A stretch of DNA of 64,000 nt, taken from NCBI GenBank assembly GCA_025594325.1, contig JANHCV010000001.1, forward strand, positions 496,001 through 560,000. Reading direction: 5' to 3'. Made by a program: the position numbers and the translations under genes. The stretch is from Blastocladiella emersonii ATCC 22665 (lineage: Eukaryota > Fungi > Blastocladiomycota). This document shows positions 53,499 to 63,328 of this stretch, piece by piece. Below the pieces are notes generated by a model. The model did no database searches, was not told the DNA's origin, and worked only from the letters and a program-made list of their open reading frames with translations. The number at the start of each line of letters is the position of its first letter. Position 1 is the stretch's first letter.

Positions 53499-54476
53499 CT
53501 AGCGAAGAGCACCGCGGAGGGAAACACGACGCTGGTGATGTCGGACCCACTTGAATACTGAGAGGCCCCGGAATCGGGGATCAGCTTGCAGCTTGCCCGG
53601 CGACGTATTCACGTAGTCGTGGAGTTGTTGACTGCCCAGGTCTAGCGTGTTTTTGAAAAGATCGAGCGTCTGCGACCACGTCTCGTCGTGAATCGGAACC
53701 ACCTTGTAGATGATGCGGAACGGCTCAAACATGATCGTGTAGGTCATGACCCGTGATTCGTTGCTGAGGATATCGGAAGACTGGCTGCCCTGATTGTTGA
53801 ACAGTGGCACAGGAACAACCTTGATCGCGCGAACCGCAACGATGAGCTTGCCGACTGCTGGATGCGTGACGCGGAACTTGTACCAAGGTTGGCGTGGCGA
53901 CCGCGTTTGGCGCGCGTCGCGTTGCCGTCGTTAGCATCGTCTTTAGGCACGGACAGCTGGGAGCGGTTCGTCGCGGCCTTGATAGGCTCCACACGACAGC
54001 TCCGAACGAAGTCGTACAGCGAGAGTGACTCGAGCTCGCTGGGTCAGTACATGCAGTGGTCGCAGATCGTGACATTGTCGGTGATCGGGCGGTTGGAGAA
54101 CGTGATGCGCTCGTCGTCGTTCCCGTCGTCCTCCTGCTCCAGCTCGCGTTCATCGTTGACTGCCGCGGCGCCGTCCTTGCCAACGCACAGCGCGTTGGAC
54201 ATTCTTGGCGTGCTCGAGGAGGGCGTGCGTGTTGTACGAGAACGACGGCACCTTGACGACGTAGTTGGCGATGCAGTGGATGACGTTGGCGGGGTTGCCG
54301 GCCTTCATGACGAGGTTTTCGATGCCCATGTTCAAGGCCAGGAGCGCGACGATGGTCGGGATGTACGAGTCGATCGAGTGGTGCAGTCGCTGTTGGAATG
54401 CGACGGCCTTGGAGCTCGCCCGTTTTGGGATCTAACACGATCTCGATACACGCGACCACGTTGAGGAGTTTGGCGT
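53499..54476 (-). pseudogene. Helitron-like Rep/helicase remnant (segment between the Rep and Pif1 domains), frameshifted
   Basis: Fragments DPKTGE, RLHHSIDSYIPTIVALLALNMGI, CIANYVVK, MY*PSELESLSLYDFV, THP, IMFEPFR and ETWSQ match, in order, the fungal Helitron pattern TGEI..R.H...N.YNP...NMDI...Y.TK / Y.YRP.ELE..SLY.F / L.LFKPWR. Confidence 0.7.
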
Positions 54477-54615
54477 TGTTGAGGGCAGTGTCTCGATTAA
54501 AGCAATGAGGTTTGTATTGAGTTGAGCTGCTATTACGGTGAAGCTGAGAAGCGGAACATGAGATCTCACGATTCCCTCAGAACTCCATGAAAAGCGGAGA
54601 AAATGGACACGGAAA

Positions 54616-55015
54616 AGTTGAAGTGTACTCGACTGGGAGGACGCTCGGCCAGATAGACGTGCGATCTTGGCGGAGAAGAAGATCGAGGCGGTGAAGAGGT
54701 TCACAAGAGGGTCGGTGAAGAGGTTCACAAGAGGGTCGGTGAAGAGGTTCACGAGAGGAGACAGTGAGGGGGTTCACGAGAGGACAACAGGCTGTATGTG
54801 GTGGCTAATACTAGCAACTGGTCAAAGGAACAAGAGAGAGAGGGGATGCGGAGGCGCGTCGTCCGATGTGAGCGGGCCGACGCGTCGCTCGGTGAGGTGA
54901 GGCGGTCCGCGGCGATGACAAAGGAGATCGGCGCGGTGCGCGTGACGCGCGTGACGCGGGCGGGGTCGCACGCGTCCGGTGACTGTGGCGCAACGCGGTC
55001 ACGTGTACTTGAACT
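54616..55015 (-). repeat. 3' LTR of the copia element (may extend to a TGTT at 54477); contains four 24-25-bp GTGAAGAGGTTCAC-core repeats at 54691-54788
   Basis: Homologous to the solo LTR at 38693-39069; abuts the PPT. Confidence 0.85.
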
Positions 55016-55025
55016 CTCCCCCGAC
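55016..55025 (-). promoter_or_regulatory. Polypurine tract GTCGGGGGAG directly abutting the LTR start AGTTCAAG
   Basis: Located 17 nt after the RNase H stop codon; GGGGGAG is the typical copia PPT core. Confidence 0.85.
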
Positions 55026-55042
55026 CGCCGGGCGAGTCGAGC

Positions 55043-58000
55043 TTACGCGTCGGACTCGGCGTGCTCGTGGATGAGCGACCGCGGGACGAGGCCGAGACTG
55101 GACACGGCCCACTGGAACGCCTTGGCATCGACAATGGCCTTGGTGAAGAAGTCGGCGAGGTTGAGCGCCGACGCGACCTTCTGGAGCGAGATGATGCCGC
55201 GCTTGACCTTGTCGCGGAGGAACTCGATGGAGACCGAGATGTGCTTGACTGAGCGGCACACGGCATCGGTTCGAGTCACGGCGATCAGCGGCTCGTTGTC
55301 CTCGAGCAGCACGGGCGGGTTGATCTCGGAGTGCGTCATCTGCTTGAGCAGGTCGCGGATCCAGATGACCTCGTGCGTCGCCTCGGTGGCGGCGTTGAGC
55401 TCCGACTCGACCGTGGACAGCGCGACCCATGGCTGGCGCTTGGACATCCACGCGACGGCGGCGCCCGCAATCGAGATGACGACGCCCGTGGTCGAGCGGC
55501 ACGTCTCCTTGTCGCCCGCGTAGTCGGCGTCGGCGTAGCAGCGCCTCGACTCGTTGATGGGCGCCTTGCGGGCGAACTTGAGGCCGTGGTCGGTCGTGTT
55601 GGACACGTAGTGGCAGATCTGGTTGAGCACCTTGCGATCTGCGAAAGTCGGGCACGCCGCGCGGCGGGACGCGACGCCGACCGCGAACGAGTTGTCGGGG
55701 CGCGACACGGTGGCGAGGTGGAGCAGCGCGCCGAGAACCGACTGGTACGCGCGAGTGCGGTCCGCGTCGAGCGTGGTGGTCGAGTGCGTGGTGTCGACCT
55801 GCGACGCGTTGTACATGTCGTCGCCGGGGGTACCCGCGTCGAGCGTGGCACCCGCGGTCTTGGGCGACCTGAGCATCGTGTTGGTGATACCGGACTCGGG
55901 CAACCCATCTGCCCGATCCAGATGTAGTCCTCGTGCTGGACCACCTCCATGTTGAGGAACGAGTCAGCGAGACCGAGGTCCTTGATGTCGAAGACCTTGG
56001 CGAGGTCGGCCTTGACACCCTTGACCTGCTCCTCATCGTCGCCGCCGATCAGGAGGTCGTCGACGTAGCAGATGAGGTTGGTGACGCGGCCGTCGAGCAG
56101 GCGCGTGAACACGCACGGGTCGGCCGAGGTGTGCTTGAACCCGAGCTTCTTGACCTCGGACGAAAAGAGCAGGTACCAGTGACGGCCTGCGTCCTTGAGG
56201 CCGTACAGCGACTTGTTGAGCCGGTACACGTCGTCATCGGCGGCGCCGACACCGGGTGGCGGCCGCATGTACACGGGTTTCGGGAGCACAGCGTGGACGT
56301 ACGCGGACGACACATCCATGGAGTGAATGCGCCAATCGCGCGACGCGGCGACGGCGAAGAAGGCGCGGATCGACGCGTACGAGACCGTGGGCGAGTAACA
56401 GTTGTCGACGTCGATCCCGGCGCGCTGTTGATCTCCTCGGGCGACGAGGCGCGCCTTGAAGATGTCCTTGGCGGCCTTGTACGCGTAGACCCACTGCGAG
56501 CCGATGATGCGGGCGTCGGCGGGGACGTCGGCCTTCTTGATCACGGTCCAGGTACCGTTCTTGTACAGCGACGTGAGCTCCTTGATCTGGGCGCTGGCCC
56601 AGCGCTCGCGGTCGGTCGACCTGCACGCGTCGCGGAAGTTGCGCGGCACGTCGATCACGGTGAGGACCACCGACTGAGTCGGCTCACGAGCAAACTCCCA
56701 CGGCAGGTGGTGTGGTGGTGCTGTACTCGCGGCCGCGGTGATCTCGTCGCGCGGAGATGGCGTAGATGAGGTTGGAGCCGGGGACTCCTGCTGCTGCGCG
56801 GACATGGCGTGATGCCCGCTGTTCTTGCGCGTGTCGCGGTTGGCGATGGTCGAGTCGCGCGGCGTGCGGAACAGCGTCACGAGCGGGTAATTGTCGGGTA
56901 GCGGGTCCTCGTTGTCCTGGGACACTGCCACGTTGGCCTGCGCCCGCGCAGTCGTGCGACCGCCGCGCGTGGTGAGGGCCTTGCGTGGCAGCTCGTAGTT
57001 GCCCGTCTTGGGGTTGTAGACGAGACCGTCGAACTCGTCAGCGTTCTCCTCGTCGTCCTGGTCGACCGCCGGTGCTGGTGCGGGTACACGCGGTTCGGGA
57101 ACCGGTGGTGTCGCGGGACGCGGCGAGGTGGTCGAGGACGACGGGGTCGAGTTGTTGAGGGCAGGCGAATTGGTGCGCGACAAGGGATCCTCGTAGTGGG
57201 GATCGCGGGGATCGTAGCGCGCACCGTCGTCCGTGACGTGGTGCGTCTCGAGGTCCTTGAACATGCGGCGAAACGCCTCGACGCTCGACGTGGCGCGCTT
57301 GATGAGCGAGCGCTCGTCGAAGATGGCGATACGCACGCGCGCGATCTTGCGCGTGGACAGGTTGAGCAGGATCTATCTGCTTCTTGGCCTCGTCGTCACC
57401 GTGGCCGAGGAAACTGTACGGCTGAGCCGTTGGCTCGAGCTTGCCAATGTGCGAGCCGTGGATGACGGGCGCGTACGCGGTCACGCCCCACGCGCGGATG
57501 TTGGCGAGGTTCGGGACGCGGCCGTGCAGCATCTCAAACGGCGTCTTCCAGTCGAGGGCAAACCGCGGTGTTCGATTCCACACGAAGTTCGCGTGGTCAA
57601 TCGCGTACCACCACAGCGAGGTGGCGGCGGTGCTCCTCAACGAGCCTGTACCGCGGGTTGAACAGCTGGTGCAGCGCGTCGCGGCCTGCGTGGCCGAACC
57701 GCAGGTGCGTGATAATGGCCAAGATGATTGACTCGGCCTCGGATCTCGATGGCGAGGATCGAGGGCTGGCGGATGTTGAGGGCGAGGTCTCGGCGGCCGT
57801 GCCGGATGGTGGCGATGGTGGTGGTGCCGAAGAAGATGATGGCGCCAACAACGCGGCGGCAGCAGTGCCGGTCGCCGTGGCCGTGTCCGAGGTCGCTCCC
57901 CCCATCTTGGCCAGGTTTGCGAACGCGAGTAGTAGGCGATCGAGATAGTCGTGCTCGCGCGGGTCGGCTCCCCCGACGTCGGTGAGCGGCGGACCTGCTC

Positions 58001-58987
58001 CCCCGACGTCGGCAGGCGGGTCCTCGGGTAGAAGAGCGGCGTCGCCGAGCATGGAGTCGAGCACGGTGGCCGAGACGGGCTCGTTGGAGCCAAACGACTC
58101 GACGTCGCCGTCAAAGTGGTGGTCAGGCTCGTTGACGTGGCCGGCCAAGTACACGTTGTGCATGGCGTGGTTGAGCATGTCGAGGAAGTTCAGGCCGAGC
58201 GCGGGCGTCTCGGCGGCGGTGTTGTCCGACGACTGGAAGTCGAGGAACACGGACGGGTCCGTCATGGCAATGGCGGGGTGCGAGACCCGCTTGTCGGTGA
58301 TGATGGTCGTGTTGAGCAGCGGCACGTTGCCCAAGTTATCGAGCTTGATCTCGTGCGTGATGGCGCCGTCCCACAAGGTCGCGGCGGGGTCGCGGGCGCA
58401 GATACTCACGCCGCCGTCGAACATCTCGACCTTGTAGCCGCTGCCCTTGGCCGCGAGCACGTTGAACGACACGATCGGGACGATGAGCTTGGGCACGAAG
58501 AAGGTGTTGGCCATGAGGATCCAGACGGGCTTCTTCTCAGTGGTGGTGCACTCGCGAGGATGTGCTTGCCCGTGGCGGCCTGGATCTTGATGGGTCGGAG
58601 CAGCTTGCGCGCGTTGCGCAGGTGGCGGAACACGTTGGTCATGGTATTCGACGCGCCCGAGTCGCCAACGAAGGCGGTCTGCCAGCGGGCGATCTGCTTG
58701 GCGAGCTCCTTATTGAGGAACTGGGGCTTGATGTAGTGCTTCACCTTCTCGCGGCGCGAGGCGATGATGGTGAAGGCGACCGGCAGCGTGTTGGTGGGAC
58801 ACTTTCGTTGGTCGGAGTTGGTGGTGGGCTTGCCGTTGGGCGAGATGATGGGCGGCTCGTCAACGAGCATGGCGTTTTGGACGGGCGAGGATGGTGGCGA
58901 CGGGTGCCGAGGATCTGGAGCGGGCGGCGAAAGGGGAGCAGGGACGGGTCGGGGCGCGACGTCTACTGCTCCCCACGGCCGTTTCCC
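55043..58987 (-). pseudogene. copia pol, disrupted (frameshift/deletion near 58560, integrase core deleted near 57640, deletion near 55910)
   Basis: Domain fragments lie in different frames; no rve DDE core is found between HLRFGH and LWWYA. Confidence 0.88.
58933..58987 (-). promoter_or_regulatory. Putative -1 programmed ribosomal frameshift signal: G GGA AAC slippery site, 6-nt spacer, 9-bp GC-rich hairpin
   Basis: The heptamer is in correct register with the gag frame, and the -1 frame is the protease-containing ORF. Stem GGGGAGCAG/CTGCTCCCC. Confidence 0.75.
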
Positions 58988-60261
58988 GACGTTGTGCGGT
59001 TGGCGGGCGCGTACTTGTGCACGTGCCACTCGCCCTGGCGCTGGCTCGGCTCGAAGCCGCGCGGCGGCGGGCCCGACTCGTAGCCCTCGTAGCGCGGGTC
59101 GTGGTTTGGGCTGAACTCGCCCCACGGCCGGATCGGGCAGCGGATCTCGTTGTGGCCGGTGACCTTCTTCTTGTCCTTGTAGATGCACCACTTGCACTTG
59201 CGCAGGCGGTCGTCGCCGGTGCGCGGGCGTTTTGGGTTGCCGTGGACGTGGTCGTGGTGGTTGGAGCCGCGGTCGGTGCGGGAGGATGATGATGAAGAGG
59301 AAGAGGACGACGACGAGGATGCCGACGGCGTGTTGGACTCGTCGTGATGCTTGCGCTTACCGGCGCCCGACGAGGTGCGCGGGACCCACGAGTGGTCGCC
59401 AAACTCGTCCTGCAGCTTCTCGCACAGCGCCTCGATAGTGGGCGTCTTGCTGCAGGCGCGCGAGATGTGCGACGCGACCGCCTCGCTCTGGCCGTCGAAC
59501 TTGGCTCGGAACAGCGAGATGATCTCGTCAATGCGCAGGTGGGTGCCGGGAATGCACGCGTCGACGAGCGAGATCTCAGCGCGGAACGCGGAGGCGAACG
59601 TCTTGGCGGACGGGAAGGCGCCGGGGCGGAGGTCCTTGAGCTTCTTCATGGCGCGGTCGCGGCGCTCAACGAGTACGTCGAGGTTCTGGTACTGGTCCAT
59701 CATGTGCGCCCACACGTCGCACGCGTGGGGGAGGTGCGTGTAGGCGGCGCTCGACGAGTGGTGGCCCATGAGCAACAGCAGCTTGTCGCGGATCATGGTG
59801 TCGAGATTCGAGAAGTGGATGATACTGGCGTTGTTACCGGCGAACGTGACCGTGTTGAGCGTGGTCGGGTCTTTCTTGATGATGCAGAGTTGCTTTCTGC
59901 AGAGTAGACGGTGCTTGATCTCGTCGGCGGGGAAGTCGATCCAGCCGTCGGTCAGGCGCCACGTAATCGGGTCGAAGGCGTCCGATTGCTCGGTGGGCAG
60001 GGAGTAGCGCCAATCGATGCCGGTCGTGACGACGGGTGCCGGCGAGGTAGACAAGAAGGCGGCGGCCGCCGCGGCGGCGCGGGCGACCGTCGAGACGATG
60101 GTCTCCTCGAGGTGACCCACCTTGGACTTAGGGTTGGTGGTCTTGAGCTCAGCCGCCTTGAGCTTACCGTCGGCGACAGCGAGTGCGTCGGCCGAGGTCT
60201 GCGCGCGGTGGCGGGCAAGCGGTGCCCGTCCCCACGGGCTTTGTTCACGGGCCGCTGTCAC
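58963..60261 (-). CDS. copia gag (UBN2-like capsid region + CCHC knuckle); 5' end uncertain
   Basis: ACDVWAHMMDQY helix typical of copia gag; CKWC-x10-H-x4-C near the C-terminus. Confidence 0.8.
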   Translation of the reverse strand: MTAAREQSPWGRAPLARHRAQTSADALAVADGKLKAAELKTTNPKSKVGHLEETIVSTVARAAAAAAAFLSTSPAPVVTTGIDWRYSLPTEQSDAFDPITWRLTDGWIDFPADEIKHRLLCRKQLCIIKKDPTTLNTVTFAGNNASIIHFSNLDTMIRDKLLLLMGHHSSSAAYTHLPHACDVWAHMMDQYQNLDVLVERRDRAMKKLKDLRPGAFPSAKTFASAFRAEISLVDACIPGTHLRIDEIISLFRAKFDGQSEAVASHISRACSKTPTIEALCEKLQDEFGDHSWVPRTSSGAGKRKHHDESNTPSASSSSSSSSSSSSSRTDRGSNHHDHVHGNPKRPRTGDDRLRKCKWCIYKDKKKVTGHNEIRCPIRPWGEFSPNHDPRYEGYESGPPPRGFEPSQRQGEWHVHKYAPANRTTSGNGRGEQ

Positions 60262-60343
60262 AAGGCGCCTTGCTTGCGCTCCTTGGACCGCGTATTAACG
60301 TTCTGCGTGCCGTCAATTGTAGTCGTAATCGCTCAAGCATCTC

Positions 60344-63158
60344 CATCGGGAAATGGGGGGTCACCCCGCTGCGGTGAACTTCGAAGATCTTCTTAGATTA
60401 CTGTGATCTAGAGAGATCTTGGGTCTACAGAAATCTAAACTCACTTTTGCGGTTCGCGGCGAGACCAGTACAAAGATCTCGGGTGAGCATCATAGATCTC
60501 CAAGTGACTCTCGAGTGAGTGATCTACAACTCTTAAATGGGAATCTCGGGCTTACTGAGCAGCCACGGGAGAAATCGTGCGCAATGCGTTCATCGCTGTA
60601 TGATCACAGCTCTGATCGACACTGGCTTCCACGTGAGCGGCGCAAAATCTCAAAAAAAAAAAAAACCTGAGGCATTCCACATCTCTTGATGGATAAAGCC
60701 ACCTTCAACGAACCATTCACAGGCTAACTAGCACTAGCGACGCTAAGTAAATTGCTGCTCATCAACGAACTGAGTGCGTGAAACAGGGACAGTACTGCAT
60801 AGACGGGTGTGCCAAGGCTTGATTCTTGATTGCCGCTTCCGGCGAGTGAAATCACGGTAGCGCGGGCGAGGGAAGACAGGTGATGGCCCGCTTGCAGCCC
60901 CACGCTCAAGAAACAACGGTTTAACAGACACCTGTCTCGTGGAACCATCGTTCATCACGACAGCTCTTGCGCACATCAATCAATCGTCGAAATTGAACTG
61001 ATGGATTGTGGCTGTTGCGACGTGACACAGCCAGGGACGAGTGTTCCTCTGAAGCAAGCCCACGCCGTATGACCGCGTGGATGTGTTGAAGCTGGAACAA
61101 GTAGAGCGTGAATCACCTCAGACACCATTTCAGCATCGGTCGTTCGCACGTTGTTTTTGCGTGTTGGGACTTGCACGGCTCAATCAAGCGAACGAGGAGC
61201 ACTGGGAACGTGCTACTGAAGGGCAGGGAGGAAACGGCGAAGCGCGACGATACCATTAAGCTTTCGGTCGATAATGGACCTCTATGAGCATTATCTGCAG
61301 GATTCTAGTGTTCAGGGCCGCGCAGCAGGCCGGGCTGAGCAGAGTCGGCCGCGATCCGGGGCTGCTCTGGAGGCACTACGCCGCGGGCCTGTGCGGTCCA
61401 TGTGTCGGTGACTAGGGGAATACAGCGTTTCAGTGATGCGCTCATAAGGCGTGTGCTGTGGGTTTCCGGCGAGAGAGAAAGGGAGCGGATCCGGCGACGC
61501 GACGACGCGGTGCACGGGCAGAGTGCGACGTTCACGCGCACGTGCGGATCGGCGCCACACGCTAGCGCCCGTTTTCGGCGCCAAGTCCTCCGAACGCCAC
61601 CGCCCGCCTTCGCCGCCGCCGACTTCCTCTCTCTTGTCAACCGCTCGTCCTTGCGCTCAACTCCTCCACAAAGCATTCAACTCCATGCACTTGCTCCGAA
61701 ACTGCATCTTCTCCTCCGCTATGGGCCCCCATCGGGTATGCGCCGTACTGTCCTTGCGCCGTCGTGTGTGCGCCGCCTTGCCACCTTGCACGGCTGCCGC
61801 CGGCAGACTCAACCTCGCGCCGCTCGCCGCCGCACCGGTCCTCCCTTACAATACCGATGCTTCTCCTCACACCCTCGCTGACTAGGTCCCGCTGCGGCTG
61901 ATGCTGAGCGCTCGACCAGCCAACGCCACCCTTACTTCTCGCGGTCGCCCTGATCGCCCCTGACGTGGGCGACGTGGCTGCGTCCGTCAATCCAGTCACC
62001 CTGACCATCTCGAGCTCGTGACGACCCGCAGCCGCACGCTCATGGCTCCTCGTGTCGTCGCCGTCATCGCGATCCCGCATGACATGTGGCGCGTGTGGCA
62101 ACGGCGCCTGGCGACCGCAAGCACGCGGTTCTGCTTGAGGTCACGTTCGGCCTGACCCGCTGGGCAACGACGTACGTGTGCGGCCGTCCGATTCGGACTG
62201 TCACCTCGCCACGATCGGATTCTGACCGCCCCGCCTACAGAACCTACGCCTGGGACATCATCAAGCCTTTCTTGCCCACATCATCCTCTCGTGCAACCTC
62301 GGCGACCCCGTCCCGCTCCTCAACTCGTGCGTGTTTTCTTCGCGTATCTATTCGCGCTCACTAACGTCACCGCTTGTCAACGAAGCATATTCGCTTGGCC
62401 CGATACTATTCGCCGCCGTGGATCGACTCAGAACTGTTCACCCGCTCGCCAACACGGTCCCGCACTACGCGGCGCACTGGTACGCGCTGTGCGCAGCGTT
62501 GCGCTGGATTCGAGGTTCACGATCTCGTTACACCCGTGTAGTTTGATCCTGTGACTCACGCACACGTCGAGGACGCCAATTCGGGCACGATGGACCTCCA
62601 CCAGTTCCGCTGCACGCACCTCAACACTCAGCTCGCAAGCATCAAGTGTGGCGCGATTGTTCAACCACCTCCTCCGCGTGGCCGAGCGCGACTTTGGGCG
62701 TCGAGTGGCCGTCGTCGCTTAGACCTCTGCGGAGGGCTTCACAGCCCTCAAGGATGTGCCGACCAGCCGAGGCGCAAAACTGCGGGGTTCCTCCGTGAGC
62801 GACGACGATTTGTGGCGTGTGGATGACGCTCGGAATAGATCGTGGTTTTGCTCACTAGATATCCTGTTGCCTACTGAAATCCCTCGGAATTGGAAGAGAT
62901 CTCTTGAGGTGCGCGAGATCTGAGCAGGCGCAATGGATCTGCTGGCGCGAAAGGAGCTGAGCTGGGACCTACTGGAGGTATAGATCTGTGCGAGATCTAT
63001 GGTAGATCTATGAGAGATCTATATTCGACACGACAAGAGCAATATATTACTCGTGATCTAGTGGATTACTCGCCCAGCCATTTGGGCCACCTCCACCCTT
63101 AGATCTATGGGAGATCTAGGTAGATCACTGAGAGATCTTCGCCCCCAATTTCCCGATG
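60344..63158. mobile_element. Putative TIR DNA transposon (2.8 kb, probably non-autonomous or decayed) with CATCGGGAAAT termini, 2-bp flanking TC and AGATCT-rich subterminal arms
   Basis: CATCGGGAAATGGGGGG at 60344 and the reverse complement of CATCGGGAAATTGGGGG ending at 63158 (16/17 match); TC at 60342-43 and 63159-60. Confidence 0.75.
62086..62720 (+). pseudogene. Degenerate spliced gene inside the TIR element (introns 62172-62240, 62327-62385, 62480-62541)
   Basis: Canonical GTACGT/GTGCGT/GTACGC donors, CTGAC/CTAAC branch sites and YAG/AAG acceptors. The last exon is homologous to 63655-63936. Confidence 0.6.
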
Positions 63159-63328
63159 TCGATGTACGTGTTTTCTTCGTCACAACCCGGCGGTGATGCT
63201 GGGCGGACGCGACTGCCGCCACATCTATGGCCGCGGCTTGTCGCTGCTGCTCAAGCAGTGTATGGCCATCATCGCAAAGGTGGTTTGCACCAGCTTGACG
63301 CGGCGGTTGCGAGTCGCGGCCAGCGCGT

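Larger units (their letters stand above)
54616..60343 (-). mobile_element. Defective Ty1/copia LTR retrotransposon (gag, PR, partial IN, RT, RH, PPT, 3' LTR); 5' LTR not in the window
   Basis: Copia domain order PR-IN-RT-RH. GDSGAS; HLRFGH; LWWYA...KTPFEM; KARLVARG, MDVSSAY, SLYGLKDAG, YVDDLL; YADADYAG, STVESE, KHI, ADFFTK. Confidence 0.95.

Noticed and set aside
54691-54788. 24-25-bp repeats as a CRISPR array or heat-shock elements
   Set aside because: The units are contiguous with no unique spacers and no cas genes, in a eukaryotic LTR. GAA-N4-TTC spacing does not fit the nGAAnnTTCn HSE.
60652-60665. A14 run as a retrocopy or LINE polyA tail
   Set aside because: No upstream ORF or TSD; it sits at the inner edge of the TIR element's left arm.
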